From contig JBGAQU010000002.1 of the NCBI GenBank assembly GCA_044220535.1, positions 1,197-65,196 on the forward strand: a DNA stretch of 64,000 bases, given 5' to 3'. Source of the stretch: Alphaproteobacteria bacterium. GTDB lineage: Bacteria; Pseudomonadota; Alphaproteobacteria; Micavibrionales; Micavibrionaceae. A program made the position numbers and the translations under genes. Of the stretch, positions 63,944 through 64,000 are shown piece by piece; the stretch's first letter is position 1; each line of letters starts with the position of its first letter. The notes below the pieces were generated by a model. It did no database searches and was not told where the DNA came from. It saw nothing but the letters and a program-made list of their open reading frames with translations.

Positions 63944-64000
63944 TTACACAGGCGCGGCGGGGCGGCCCGGCAGGGATTTCGCCAGCTTGGCGTTGGTGAC
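63944..64000 (-). CDS. 3' end of a gene truncated by the window edge
   Basis: The open frame entering from the right edge ends ...VTNAKLAKSLPGRPAAPV-stop (TAA at 63944-63946, minus strand). Too short to identify. Confidence 0.3.
   Translation of the reverse strand, partial: VTNAKLAKSLPGRPAAPV

Noticed and set aside
1-64000. tRNA, rRNA, tmRNA or other classical RNA genes in intergenic gaps
   Set aside because: I read every gap longer than 60 nt and saw no cloverleaf-compatible or rRNA-like sequence. This manual scan is not exhaustive; tRNAscan or Infernal should confirm it.

Overview
Chromosomal window from a Gram-negative, most likely alphaproteobacterial genome. This is judged from conserved gene orders: fabD-fabG-acpP-fabF-mltG, rpsF-rpsR-rplI ... 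dnaB-alr, and thrC-M16 peptidase. GC looks high-50s percent by eye, with several sharply AT-rich islets. Positions ~1.7-29.1 kb are a Wzx/Wzy-type surface-polysaccharide locus: outer-membrane barrel, VanZ-like protein, Wzc-like co-polymerase, several glycosyltransferases, two O-acyltransferases, Wzy, Wzx, Wza, a small second co-polymerase, priming phosphotransferase, rmlBDAC, ugd, uppP and galU. The locus also encodes three unusual accessory proteins: an RTX beta-helix protein, a signal-peptide beta-helix-like protein, and an SGNH hydrolase with phage-like extra domains. Positions 29.3-34.9 kb are one 1880-aa two-partner-secretion-type exoprotein packed with parallel beta-helix repeats. No TpsB gene lies nearby; an AsnB-family amidotransferase follows. 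The right half is housekeeping (dps, mltG, fab cluster, murI, S6/S18/L9, dnaB, alr, mlaEF, M16 peptidase, thrC). It is interrupted by orphan AT-rich ORFs, two families of palindromic intergenic repeats, and decaying genes. The decaying genes are a multiply frameshifted D-Ala-D-Ala dipeptidase next to alr, a 1-nt frameshift in fabD, and a TAG-interrupted TTL-like ATP-grasp gene. The right end carries a co-directional block: M32 carboxypeptidase, N-acyl-amino-acid-synthase-like acyltransferase, divergent M32 carboxypeptidase, ATP-grasp. No rRNA, tRNA, CRISPR array, transposase or integrase was recognised. All family assignments come from motif recognition by eye, not from database searches.
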